The translations under genes and the position numbers were made by a program. Under the pieces are notes generated by a model. It was not told where the DNA came from. It did not search any database and saw only the letters and a program-made list of their open reading frames with translations. From Perkinsus chesapeaki ATCC PRA-425 (Eukaryota > Protista > Perkinsozoa), in assembly GCA_013115145.1 (NCBI GenBank), contig JAAPAO010000266.1:1-44892 (forward strand): 44,892 nt of DNA, in the 5' to 3' direction. Shown one piece after another: positions 1 to 12,971 of this stretch (position 1 is the first letter of the stretch; each line of letters begins with the position of its first letter).

Positions 1-2563
1 ACAGGACAAGGTAAGAGAGCTTCTTCGGGGACGAAGTGCAGCGTCTTGAGAGCGTCTAAGAGGAGATCTGCCCTTGCATGCTCTCCGCCTCCTCAGATGA
101 CCCACTGCAGTCCTCCTCAGCAGCCATCGCCACATATATGTCCTCCCCGATCATAGTAACGAGCTTGCGAGATACCTTCTCATATTCCTCAGCCAACGAG
201 GGCGACGACACAACGACCATAAGATTACGAGTCTGAAGTATACTGCGAGAGCGCGAAACGTGTAGCCCCTACCTCCCTTAAGCTGCTGAGGAGGTCCCTG
301 AGGCACCTTAATATTGGGCACTGTGTCAGAACACTCCTTGAAGACCCCAACCGAGAGAGCAGCTCTTTGAGGCTTTCACCGAGGGTAGAGGGATTTGCTC
401 GATATCTGAGGAGCGGCAGCAGAGCAGCCGGTGCTGGCGAAGGTGTACTCTCCTGGTATGTTCTTGGCCGCCATAAGAAGGCCAACGCTGCCGTAGCATT
501 TGAAAGCCTCCAGTAGAGTCAGCAGTACTATACATCTCACCACCAGCGCTCCCCTAAAGAAGGAGCTAACTCAGCGTATGAGAGTGGATACAGTTGATGT
601 GAGATCCTTCGCGGCCCTTCAGCTAGAGCTTGTTGCCATAATGCATCGGCCTCCTCACGAGAGGCTCGAGCCGCTGGGACACTCTGACCGTGTCTGAGGT
701 TTGCAGAATATACCGGCTACGCACTCACTTTGTTACGTTGCGCAGAAGCGTCGGAGTCTCTCCCAATGCTTGTCAAGGAAACTACGGATTGTCTTCACCG
801 CGCTCGGTTCGTCAGTTACGCGGATTATCTATCGACACGCTTGTTCAGTGGCGAACTCGCTGTCGTAGCCGTACCTTGACAGGTCTCTCAAGTCCCTCAA
901 GCTCCTTCACACACAAGCAACTGCCTTCCTTTCTTTCTTCTCCAAGCCGACCTTGTTCTGTCTTGCGGGTTTCGCTTGTTCGGTCGGACCGACAAGACAT
1001 CAAGGCCGGCGGCGGGGTATTGGGTGTTCCCTCCGAAACAGCTTTTTCGGGGAGGCAATGTTCGATAAAGTGCGTTTCGTCTTGTTCCTGAGTGGGCGTG
1101 AGTTCCGTTCCTCTCTCTTCGGTGCAGTCGTTTTCGTTAAGAGCATCCGTCTCTGTCGGCGACTGGCTAATCAGTTCCCACGACTGGATGCATAGATTCA
1201 GTCGTGTTGGTTGGACCTTTGAGATGCTTCGCAGCGAACCCCAGAGCACCGCGAGCTCCTCTGCTCGCGCTGGTGGATCAGTTTCACACAGGGTCGTATA
1301 TGGAAGAGACATTTCGAGCGGCGCTGCTTCGAGCCATTCAAGAGATGGAATCTCTGGCGGCTGTGGTATACCAGTAGATGAACTCTTCCAGGACTTGTCC
1401 CAAAGTAGGGCTTGCTCCCAAACGCCTCGACGGACAGATACCAGCTCCTTCTTAAAAGTTCGATTTACAGCGTTGAATACACTCTCCGCATCATCCAGCT
1501 GAGGAGGCGGGTGAGGTGCTTCAAGATATATCTCTCGTGGAGGGAGCCGATCAAGATCACATTCGACGCTCTCCCAAGCCAGGCCGATAGGCCCTAATAT
1601 TGTGTGCTTTGCCAGCCTAGCAGTAAGGCACAACGGTGTAGCTGCCGGTAGTGAAACGGCGAATATTTCTTCTTGCAGAACGGTATTTTCAGAGACCACA
1701 CTGAAGAGTGTCTTTAAAGTGACACCGGCCACGTACTTCTCTTCAAGCTTTGGTAACTGAGTGATGTTATCGTATATGAGTCAAGGCCCCATAGTCTCAC
1801 CAGAGTGTCGCCGTCATTCTCGAATGCCCACTCGAGCTCTTCAAACTCTACAGGGAGCGAGAAAGGGTCGAGTTCCAGCGCTTTTTCGCGACTCCGCGCC
1901 GACTGGACGATTAGTGGAGGCTGTATGGGTGGCGCCAGCTCCACGATGGTAGGATCATCCATAGCAATGGGCACCATTGGAGCAATCTCAAACGGTTTTA
2001 CGAATCCCACGAAGTCGAGCCAGTCCACCTCAAGCAGTTCCGAAAGCTGGGGCACTTCTGGTTCAGATATCAGGGAGATGGGCTCAAGCCCAGTGCACGC
2101 GTCGAGGGGGAAGGGATAATTTGCGAGTGAGGCGCATTTAATGGGCAGCTTGTAGTCGACAGGTGAGATATCTCTGAGCTTAGTAGGTTGGATCACGTTC
2201 AGCGCATTCGCATAAATGTCTCGAAGGTCATCTTCCAGGTCTTCTAGCTCTAGTAGTGTATCGGTCAGCGAAGAGACGCACTCTCCTGATCGTAGCTCAG
2301 CCAGAGTAGGCAACTGCTCTGAGGGTCCGTGAGGGATAAAGTCGACCAAGGCATCGATTTCCTGCTTCCTCTTGAAAATTGACGTAACCTCGCTGAAAGC
2401 CAGGGCGATGAAAGCCCGGCATAGAAAAAGCTGATATCTTACTAATCAACACAGTTGCCTACTTGACTCCAACGGCTCAAGTAGACCATCTTAGCGTGGG
2501 AGGACATTCTATCAGGGAACTGAGGAGAACTTGGAGGCGGGTCAGTACACTTGGTGCGAGCAT
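1..2563 (-). CDS. Large multi-exon hypothetical protein, 3' end runs off the window; weak architectural resemblance to SHOC1/Zip2 (see findings)
   Basis: Long minus-strand ORFs 1714-2349 and 845-1732, plus spliceable exons toward position 1 (ALAFLWRPRTYQE..PILRCLRDLL..RNLMVVVSS). Candidate ATG at 2563 (MLAPSVLTRL) splices in frame to FFYAGLSSPW..IDALVDFIPHG. Start is uncertain. Confidence 0.6.
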
Positions 2564-3029
2564 ATGATCTAACAACGTAGGAAACGAGGATATTTCAAGG
2601 GACGCTTTGATGTCAGAAATCCACAATGGGGATAACTAGCAGATGGTTCCTTCTCCAAAACATTCTCCTAATCTCACTTTCCATGATGTCAGCTCAACTT
2701 GAGATCTGTCATTTCCTGGACGATCACGATCGATAATGATGCTGGGAATTTCGCTATTATTAATAGCCTATTAAACGACGAGGGTTAACGTGAGTAAAGT
2801 AACGAATTATATAATCCAATTTGTTTGTATTATAATTTTTAGCAATTATCTTAGTTCTCAGCAATATAGCTAGGACGACAGTGAAAGCCAAGAAAAACAT
2901 TTCTCCTCGTCTCGGCAACCTCTGAAGTAGTATCAGTACTTAATTTTAGTGGTGAGCGATCTAATCAGTAAATAGATTGGTGTTCTCTTCTCTTTCTTTA
3001 TAGACTATAATACAATGGCATATTGTTGT

Positions 3030-6000
3030 TCAATGAAACAGTGTTGCAGTTAGATTACAAGTATCATTATTCTCATCGGCATGATGGCCGCCTTCGAGAT
3101 CCAGGCTGAGTATCTTACTAGTCCTACATCAGGACACCATGAACAACACACTCTTGTCGATCCTACCTGCTCTCGAAAATTGATGCGACGCCACGGTGAG
3201 GCGCTGTGCTGGTGTGCGTGGCGTAGAGGTAATCAGCAGACGGCAGGATTCTGCTTATCACAGGAGGCGCGCTCGATAGGCTTCCGCAGCTCTCAGCGGT
3301 GTACCGCGGGAGAGGGTGGGATTCCTGAGGACTCAAGACATAACCGTTGTGGGCGTGTTACCAACTGCAGACCTCAAGGGATATTAAACACACTGACATT
3401 TGGTGATCGCTGCTTTCCTTCTCTCCATTGGCCCGCACGAACATCTCAGCAACTGGCTTACGAGTATGGGTGTGTAATAGAAGGCTGAGCACCTGAGAAC
3501 CAATAGCATTGCCCTTCACCACAGTTCTAGTAACGTACTTGTCCGTCCCTGTATATCTTCGGCAACAGCCATGATATTCTGGCATCGGTTGATGTGGTGT
3601 AGGCTGTGGGTCGGGGAGCCGGCACCCGGATACCTGCCAATGCCCAGTAAATAGAAACATCTGGCCCAGGCAGACCCGCCACAGTCCGAAGAATTTCGTT
3701 ACAAGTTAATGATCTCATTTTGAACGGAAAGTTCCTAAATCAACCACCGCAACTTGGAGATTCTTGTAAGATTTCCTCTCTACATACATCGGCGGCGACG
3801 CGCAACTCCGACAGTGCAGAATAAAACCTGCATCCTCGGCCTCACCTTTGAACCTCAGTCTCCCTCCACAATGCTTCCTCGCGGATCTTCTTTTAACCTC
3901 AATGTAAACAAGCTCAGAGTCAGGCTCCATAGGATCTGCCGTTGCGTCCGTCCAGCACACTCTCAGAACCTCGCTGCTGCGGGAACTTCGCCCACTCGAA
4001 TGGCGATGCCCCTGTAAGTGTAACTGCCTAATTACATGGCGCGTGACTTGCCCATCGTGCGTCCACTGCGGAGTCCAGAGCCTCAACGCTCTCACTGACG
4101 ATCGTCTTACTGTCGTCTGGAGCTACTCTCGGGCAAGTAGGAGACCTGATGAAGAGAGCGAATATGCAACACAGTAGAGGAGGCGCTAGTCACCTTCGTG
4201 TAATCTCCAGGGTTTGTTCCAGTACTGACAATGAGTCACCACACAGGTCCCTCTGAGAGCTCATAAGATCTATCAAGATCGCGCCGATATCGGCTGCGCA
4301 CTTCCGTAGGGTCATTTGTGAACCGCTGCTGCTGCCAGTAGTCTCCCCGAACTACAAGGCAACGTGAAGGCGACGCCAAAGTAGAAGTGAGCGGTCATTA
4401 ATATTGTTGCATAGCGAAATTGAAAACATGGGCTTACCAATCTTATGGTATCCTTGAGATGGTCCAGATTGCAGCCACACCTTCGAAGCGAGCTGCTGTA
4501 GACACTGCTGACGAACCCGAGTATCTAAGGAGTGACATTAGCATCATCTCGTCGAGGATGATCAGCAGCAGCAAGGCTTACCTTATCCTTTTCTCTCAGG
4601 TGCACGTCTTCCATATCTCTCAGGTCCTCCTCTCCCATCCGCTGCCATCTTGTGAGCTGTTCTATCAACGGGAGCGCCAAACCTGACGTTTGAGATGCGC
4701 AGGAGACATGTGAGCATTCGGTGAGGGACAGATGTAGCGGCATTGCAGTGGAGACGCATTCACAGGAATGAAAATACCTCGTCAAATTTCTGCAAGCGTC
4801 CTATCTTCTAGCACAGTACTAGTAAGACTGATCCCTCAGCAGGACTAGTGCATTCCGAAGCGAGCTCCCTAGGCAGTAAGAGGTTTAAAACTACGCATGC
4901 CTCTCGCCGAGATGCTCACTTGGTGACTTACTTCCTATGGCGTTAGATACCTGTGACGATGCCTCGTCAACAAGGGCTATTAAATGTTCACCAGCAGTGA
5001 GGAGCTGATCAATAGACCACTCGAAGCCTCCATCCTTTCCGCCTAAAGCATATACTCTGGCCAAAAAAACCCCAGCAGATTCAGGAAGTTCTATACGTCT
5101 TGACAGTCTAGTTTGAAGCCACTTTGAGGCACGTAAGTCTTATAGCGGATTTCAGTGGCGCCCGAAGAGTCGTTCGAGAACATAGATTCCCGAGCCTGCC
5201 AAAAGTTTTGGATGTATAATCCCATTAGGTGCCGAGCAAGGGGCAGTTTGACAGTAAGTGTGGAAAAAACAAAACCCACGAGCGCCCAACATGAGGAGAT
5301 TCTCACGAGAGGCGAAGTCGATTGTTGTGTGCATGTCAGGTAAACCATCCTACCCAGGACATGTACATAGTCGCCACTGCGAGACATGCTCCTGATCGAG
5401 TGCGCCAAGGACATGAGCGAATCCGCCGCTGGCTCTAGCTGGCAGGCGCAAACGACGCTGAACACATCCAGGGCCTGAGAAAACGATCTTATCTTTCGTG
5501 GGGTATTTCTACACCACAAGCAAAAGTATTTGCAAAATATCTATCAGCATTTTCAAGTAATAGGGGAGGAAAGTTATCCGATGACAGGTTGAAGATAAAT
5601 AGATAGAAGAGCTATTATCTGGAACACTAACATGCATCTCGCTTCGACCAACAACTTCAGCTATAGCATGGTCACCTCCGACAGCTCTCTCTGTAACTTC
5701 TGTAGAGCTTGTGATTGATACCCGGGAGTCTCGAGCGCTCTCGTGAGGGCAGGGCTGGGCACTCCTATTCCCTGGAAGCATTGAATCAGCTCCTCAGTTA
5801 CGCTCCGGGGCGGCTCGTCCTCCTGAAAGATATGGACTCAACGAGCACCATAAAAAGGTAATTGCTATATCTTCTGTGTTCCTTTTTCATTTCCACAATC
5901 TATGAATCTCTCTCCTCGGGACACCCAGGAACTGCACCTCCTCTGCATCCCTGGCAATCTCAGCCTTGAGCGGCTCCACTAGTTTCTTCATCGCTTCCGC

Positions 6001-7356
6001 AGCGCTCTTCAACGGGCCATGTAAGAGAACGTTGATGCTGTCGGAGATGTACCGCTGAAGCTGCTGCGCCTTCAACACCAGCTTGGAGTACTCCGCCTAG
6101 AACAGAGATTTCTCCACGGCTGCCGCCGCCTGCGTAGTGGCTACCAGCCCACGAGAGCCCAGCGTTCGACTGGTGTCAACGAAGGCGATCTCCTGCTCGC
6201 CGGTCTCGACATACGTTCGTAAGACTGCTAGGGTGTTGAGGTCAGATGAGATTCGGCATAGCGGACCGTAGCGGCATTCCTCTCCTTCAAGAACAGGAGA
6301 TGGTCTAACGCGAACTACGTTCCCATTCGATCACCGAAAGCTCACATCATCCAGCTGGCAACTGGCGCGAGAGCCTCTGCATGGACGCTGAGGTGACCGT
6401 CTTCGGAGAGCGTCACCAGATAACCAACTTCAGATGGCCACTTCTCGTCAGCTCCCGAAGACTGAAATCAATAGCGCTGCAACACACTGCGGTACTGCCG
6501 CTCTCGCGACAGTATAGCCATTTTCCAGGAAGCCTACCTCGGTGTCCTTCTCCGCAGCATGCTTATTAACTTCTTTAATATCCTTAATAGTATGTATGTG
6601 CGATACGCTCCCACTCAGCTCTCCAAGCACCACCGCCGGAGAGGCATCCACGCAAAATGGCGTCAGTATCTACGAAAGAGACTTGCCAGCTAAATTGGAC
6701 TCTTTTCCTCACCCATTCCATTGCAGCCACCCTGACATTGTGGGCCCTCCGTAATACAGCTAGCGTGGCTTCCGATCTCGAATGCTTCTGTTCGACATAG
6801 ACCAATGCCACATCGCCGTTTTCATCTCCGATTGCCAGTAGCTGCTCTGGGTGGGACAGAGATCTGAGCAGGCGTTCATTGACCCTCAAGAGAGCCACCA
6901 AAAATTAGCGGTTTGATAGCTAGCATGCTCTCCACGAAAATAGAAATGCATACGAGTATTAGATGGCTTCGGATCCAACCCCCATCCCGGGAACTGCACT
7001 CAGTATCTCCTACCTCGGAGACCATGCTAGAGCCGTTGGGTGCCAGTCAGCACTGTGGCCCTTATAAGTGAACAGGCAGCAAGGCGTTCTCTCGTCACTC
7101 AATAGCCTCCACACCTTTACCGAGCGCCCTGATGGATTCAGAGGTGTAACCGCAGCCTTCGGCAACGCCGACAAGACCTGCTACCCTCCTTAGGTGTTGA
7201 ATGCATGGTGGCAAGTAGGTCCATGTGCTCGCACCAGACCAATGGGCCGACCAGACCCTCCGCTGGTCTCTCAGAAAATATAGATATCGGCTCGTCGTCC
7301 TCGTGGTCTAGCCAGTCGTCATGGTCTGCACTAGGGGGGTCATTCCAGATTGTCAT
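3030..7356 (-). CDS. ANAPC4: Anaphase-promoting complex subunit 4 (APC4), multi-exon
   Basis: Exons give the N-terminal WD40 signature (SIFSERPAEGLVGPLVWCEHMDLLA; HPEQLLAIGDENGDVALVYVE), the APC4 helical region (EELIQCFQGIGVPSPAL; QLEPAADSLMSLAHSIRSMSRSGDYVHVLG) and the C-terminal end (RGVASIFESRTSKILSLDLE). Order and spacing match human ANAPC4 as I recall it. Confidence 0.75.
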
Positions 7357-7497
7357 TGCGGATAACTGGTGGAAAATAATCCCCACATGAATCCGCGTCT
7401 ACAGAAGCCTTTCAAATACAAGGCAATTGACAAGGCAAGACGTTCCATCACACGTGGAGAAACTCAAGACGACACACTCCTCACTAAATCGTCAATC

Positions 7498-10400
7498 TCA
7501 GTTCAGCAGCTGCTTGCTATCAACGAACATCTTAGCTCGTAACACCTTACGTAGGCATTGCTCCAGAACCTAACAACAGCGGAATCTCATCATCTATCGC
7601 CGAGAAAATTTCGTACGTCATCGGGCGTGGATGCACCACTAGTAACACCAACAGTGATGTGTTGTCCGTTGCCGGGGAGGAAGTCATGCGTGACAGCTAG
7701 GCCACGACCATGAGCTGCTTCGGCTGAAGAGAAGTGACACATGAGTATGGGTGAGAAATGAGGAACAATATAACCGAAATTGGCGCTTAAAGATGGCTGA
7801 GGAACCGTACGCTGCAAGACAACGCTCCTGCGACAGTTCGCGTTGGTCAAGCTAGGGAACTTACTTGGCGGTGTCTCGACTGGTTTGTGCGTAATAGTGT
7901 TGCGCACCTCATCAATACGGCCTGGCCCATCTACATGGAAGGCCCGATGATCCTTGACCCCAGCGGCATCCACTGATATCTGAAAGCAACACCGATCCTG
8001 TGTCACACTCTTTCTGCTAGAAAACAAGCTATTCTTACCTCTTGCAAATGTTCAGTATTACTACTGTTGAAGCCTCCAACAACCAGCATCAAATCGAGCA
8101 TGTCCGATTCCGGGAGGGTGGCCTAAGTAGAAGGTTACAAACGCATTAATGGAGGGGAGCAGCGCGGATAAACCAGATATTCTCTAGAGCTATGCAAACT
8201 CCTTGCTTGATACATACCGAAGCAGCAGGCTTTGCCGTATCGTCAGTGATGCCGAACTCGTTCAACATGTCAGACTCGGGCTGCTCGTAATGTTCACCCA
8301 CCTAAGAAGATCCAGGAGGGATTACTGGAGATTGCACAAGTAAAGCCCACCAGTTTGTATAGGGCGTCCTGTCGCTCTTGCGTCGCATCGCAGATAGTAT
8401 TGAAAGCCACGAAATGTTCGTTGAGGTCGTCCGGGCCGTAAATTCGCAATAGTGTCTTCTCGAACAGTTTGGCGATAAGAGCCGTTTCCCCCTAATTAAA
8501 TAAGCTCGAACGCCGAAGGTATCCCAGGAATGCCCATTACCTTGAGCATAGTGGTTTGATTGGCTACTCCGACCTTCACGAGATCCTTGAGCGGATCAAA
8601 ACCCGGAGAATACCGGTCACCGGGGAACCTGATACAAAGGAGATGCGCTCATCTCGAACAGCAACAACCCCGCGACATTACTTTCGGAAGAAGTCATCTA
8701 CCAACTCTTCTCTATTCTTGCTCAAAAGGAACTTACAGACATACTCGGCCTCTTTGAGGTCTTTAAGGATCAAATACCTAACAATAACTCAGGTTTTGGG
8801 GAAGGACTTTCCCATAAGGTGTATCTATGTGTGGAAACCACTTCATCAAGTCAATACTGCGGAACCTCCACAGTGGAATGGTTCCACTCGACGAGCCCCA
8901 AGCTGGAGCGAGTTTAAGGATGCCTACGAAGGCTCTATGCAGAACAGCAAATCTGTAAGAAGAAAAAGAAAAGAACTTGCAGACTCATGAAGAATTACGA
9001 CGGTGATATCAGTGGCCCGTTTTGCCGAGCATACACAATATATATTACATATTGTGGAGGACGGAAACCATAGCACCACAGTCGAGTAAGGCAGTGGGCT
9101 GTGCTCGATGCGAATGTTGATCTCAAGACGCTTGTCATTGCCGAGGGCTAGCCATTACTCCTCGAACATTAGGGGCCTCTGCTCGGCATGTAGCTTTCTC
9201 AAAGTGCAAGAATTTCTTGCCAGGAATATTAATTGAGGTTGTCTATCAGCTTTGTAACCTTCCCGTGCATAGGGGCGTTGTCCAAGACAACAACGGTTGC
9301 CTCACAGGCGGTACGTTACTTGATATACCCACTCAATCAGCTATATAAAGTCAGCCCCCACGGTCCCCACCCTGGTCTTGAAATAAGACAAACCCTTCGT
9401 CGTTCATGACCGCGACCATGTGGACGTTTGGGCCTTTGCCTTTCCGGCATGGAGCTTCGCGCGCCTCCCGTTCAGGGCACAACCCCTAGTTCTCCTGCAG
9501 AACAGGTTCACGTTGGTTTCCTCCCAGTAGAAGATGAGTTAAGTGTTCCAAGCAAGAGAGTAGTGAGTCAAGTATGACTCAGTACGAATCACTCAGTACG
9601 AGGAATGTCATATGAGCCCCTCATACTGTATAAAATGCTCGCCTGGAAGGACCAGGGCTAGCGGTCTCCTGATGCTTCATATGCCCCGAAGCGACGGCAA
9701 GCTAGCGCCGAAAGGAGGATGCTGGTAGGCGTCCCCGGGGGCGTATAGAGATGCCTTCTTCTGTGAGAGCACAATAAAATCGATCATCCAACACCACAAG
9801 TTGTGGTCCACAACAAGATAATGCCCCGAACTCGTGAAGAAGCATGATATTGACAGCGGCCTGCTGCCAGTACAAGAAGGTGTCGTGCACCTTCTGAGGC
9901 CATGGGTGCCAGCCATGAAATGTGGGCCACTTTATGTGGCCGATAGACATTGAAATGTGTACATGTATATCCATGCATAAAATTCCATGAGAACATCAGC
10001 GAAGTCACTGGAAATTTCCCAACAGAATTCACCAGCCCAGCATTTTCACCAAAATCACCCTGGCCGTACTTTCCAGCGAATGAGCTAGTAGCAATAGTTT
10101 CTTCATGTTTAGATTTGCCATGTATGATAGAGGTATAATCACCTTTCTTGTGACGTTCAACAGAGGACCAGACCTAAATAAGCAACTCTGCCAAATATGA
10201 AATAAAGACTCCTCATGCCCACCTTAGAGACCCACGGACATGTGGTGTCGACAATAATGACTCCCTTCTTTTTTAGGTCAACCATCTCCTTTACAGCAGC
10301 ACCTGAGAATTACATCGGGGTTCATCGCAAACCGTTTACGCAGCTTATACATAGTAGCCAACTCTCTCGTGACGATTAGCCCTATGCATCAAAATTACGC

Positions 10401-12418
10401 GCAGTTAAACCTGGTTTGTGATATACCTAGCAGATGTCGTGGCTAAGCCCCGATGCGACGAGGCAATCGTTTGCAAGCGTGCGTTTGAGACAATCGCCAC
10501 GAGATCATCACCGCTTTTCGATTGGCGATTACACGGAGCGCCAAGATAACGCTCGAGGAAGAACTCAAAAGTGAGATTCTAGTGAGAAACCCACCCTCCT
10601 CCCCTTCAGATTGGGGGGACAGGGATACCAAAGCTAACTATGCTGAGCGGGACAATATCCCGAGAGCATTACACGAGGCTACAAGAGAAAGGATGATTTC
10701 CCCCTTCTAACCCACACTACCGAATGCCGGAAGCACCACTACATCTCCCGCCTGCGCCACAGAGAAGTCCTTATTGTTATCACGATCTCTCGGTATGTAT
10801 CTGATCAAGAACATATCTCCTTACTCATCAATGCCGCATAACAATACTGTACATTTTTTGGGGGGGGATTTAGGACGTTATTATCAAAGTGTAAACTACC
10901 ATCTTGATATGTATACACATACGTAGTAAGCCATTATCACTTTCTCAATTGACCGTCACCATTAATGAGCGTTAATTATATTGTGCTATACTAGCCACTT
11001 GTGACTTACAACCATACTAAAGGATGACCGTGTTCCAATGAATTTCGTGAGAGCTTTCAGCACCGGTTGCGCAGACACCACTTCCGAAAACCGATCACGG
11101 AACTTCGAGTCTACCGTAGAAATTCGAGCTCAATATACATCACCACAAAATCCAGCGTCCCTCGCCATAATGACCCCACTATTACCTTATACCAAGCTTC
11201 TCCAGATTGCGATTGACAGTGGGGTTGTGGATGACCTCGTTCGTCATCCAGATGGTCTTGTTCGGATATCGGCGCCTAGACTCGTAGGCAATGGCGACAG
11301 CTCTTTCAACTCCCCAGCAGAAACCTAAAAACCAAAAAAGTCTCCACGACTCGGAAACATAACCGCCTCCAGACGGCACTCGGGCAAAAAATTATCGAAC
11401 CGAAAATTCCGCTCTGAGTTTACGAGAGAACATTTGGAATTAGAAGCTCTTATGTGCTTGGTTTGTGTCGTCACCCAACGAAGAAAAATAATCTACCGCA
11501 AACGATGTCTTCCAGTAGCCAATAAAGACCGAAAAGAGACGGCTTCAAACCTCCATATTATTACCATGTGCCTCGGCAAGCTTGAAGGTGACGGTGCCAA
11601 CCGTCAGTGTATAATTTGGAGAGGCCTGGATCTCCTCGACGAGGCTCGAGTTATGTACCTCTCTCAGACGCTCACGCATACCTAAAAAATCATCATCCCA
11701 AATGCCAAAACTCCAGCCGCTATCCGATGATACACTTGCAAGACGACAGATACGCCTCTACTAGATAGAGCCGAAAAAACAATATTTGGCGAAGTCCAGC
11801 CCGACCTCCGCATCCCACAGTCGAAGAAAGCGCTGGTTACTGTGACTACGCAGTAGAAGCATTTCAGGGGAATAGCAGGAATATTCCAGCGCTTAGCTTG
11901 ACTATCAAAGAGTAATGACTCCTACTCTTAAGTGAAGTCGCATCGGGTCGGTAATAGTTCTCCGATCTTTGCAACTGCTTTCTGAATACCCACGGATCAG
12001 TCGAATGGCTCTCCTGCAAATACAGTCCACCAAAACGGCTACCACAGCTCACCTTTGCCTTCCTTCGAGTGTTGCTCTTACGACGACCAGCTCCAATAAC
12101 GCTGAGCACACCCATGGAAATAAGCACCCATTTAACCAGGCCAGCAACACTTTCAATCCCCCAGCTGCTGGACGGCATCGGCTCCGCTGAAATAAGCCCT
12201 CTCCGGGGGTGATTCGCCACCGACCCACCTTGGCTCCTTGCAGCTAAGAACGCTCCGCCATTCATACTAGCGCCAGCGACAGGCGCCTGAGCCGGTGATA
12301 TGAACAGAGGCACGATTGAGACCAAGCAGATGGCACCGACGATTAACCCCAAGAAGCCGGCCGTCACCGTGCCACTGCGAGGGATCCTGCGACCAGCACC
12401 ACCACCTCGAGCGGTCAT
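7498..12418 (-). CDS. ispH: 4-hydroxy-3-methylbut-2-enyl diphosphate reductase (IspH/LytB/HDR), cyanobacterial/plastid type, with N-terminal plastid-targeting leader
   Basis: Spliced exons give [98 protein letters not shown] and [11 protein letters not shown]. All three Fe-S cysteine motifs are present. Confidence 0.97.
9230..9640 (-). mobile_element. Decayed IS630/Tc1-mariner-type DDE transposase fragment inside a ~1.3 kb IspH intron (~8779-10061)
   Basis: Minus-strand frames joined across frameshifts read [24 protein letters not shown] / [19 protein letters not shown] / KTRVGT / [13 protein letters not shown]. These match DDE_3 motifs (D-E-T-N-F-N-L; DNAPxH). Stops and frameshifts are present. 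A possible TA-CAGT end lies near 9625-9632. Confidence 0.75.
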
Positions 12419-12971
12419 TATTGAAAATAACTAAACATGGCAGAATGACGACTCTACCGAAGACCCGTCCACTTCAACAAACAGCATCAGCCATCAATGC
12501 CCGAACAGCACACAGAGTTCAGTCTCTGTTGAGGTTCGATCCGCTGGAGTCGGAGAGAGCACGATACCCGAAATTGAGCAGATCTGGAGCACAAAGCCAT
12601 GGAGAATGTCGAAGAAAAATATTCCACAGTAACATTTTACGTAAAAGGTAAAACACCTTAAGGTGGGCAGCAGTCACTTCTTAACTCGTATACGCTTCCT
12701 GGAAGCCGCTGAACGGGCATCTGCCACATCTGATAGAAAAACCGTATTCTCAATGAACTTCGAACAAGACACCACAACGAACTCGAAATATTATTCCTAG
12801 ATACATATACAAGCATGCATTCAAAACCGAGATAAATGCGATTGCGAACCTATCCAGCCATCTACCCTCTCCACCACAAAAGCTACTACCTCCGAACTCG
12901 CTATTGGTCCGCGCACCATGACCTGACATCCCCAAATACCTGGTCGACATCCCCAGTGGACTTACTTGTAT

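Noticed and set aside
3715-4095. YVERKS resembling the ERCC4/XPF nuclease ERKxxxD motif
   Set aside because: It lacks the downstream Asp and upstream GD, and the exon splices into the ANAPC4 C-terminal region.
8556-8990. Plus-strand 144 aa ORF with a gag-like SWSEFKDAY segment
   Set aside because: Mostly antisense to IspH exons; the motif is too short to call a retroelement.
9800-9835. QQDNAP on the plus strand, resembling a second Tc1 DDE motif
   Set aside because: No supporting neighbouring motifs in any frame.
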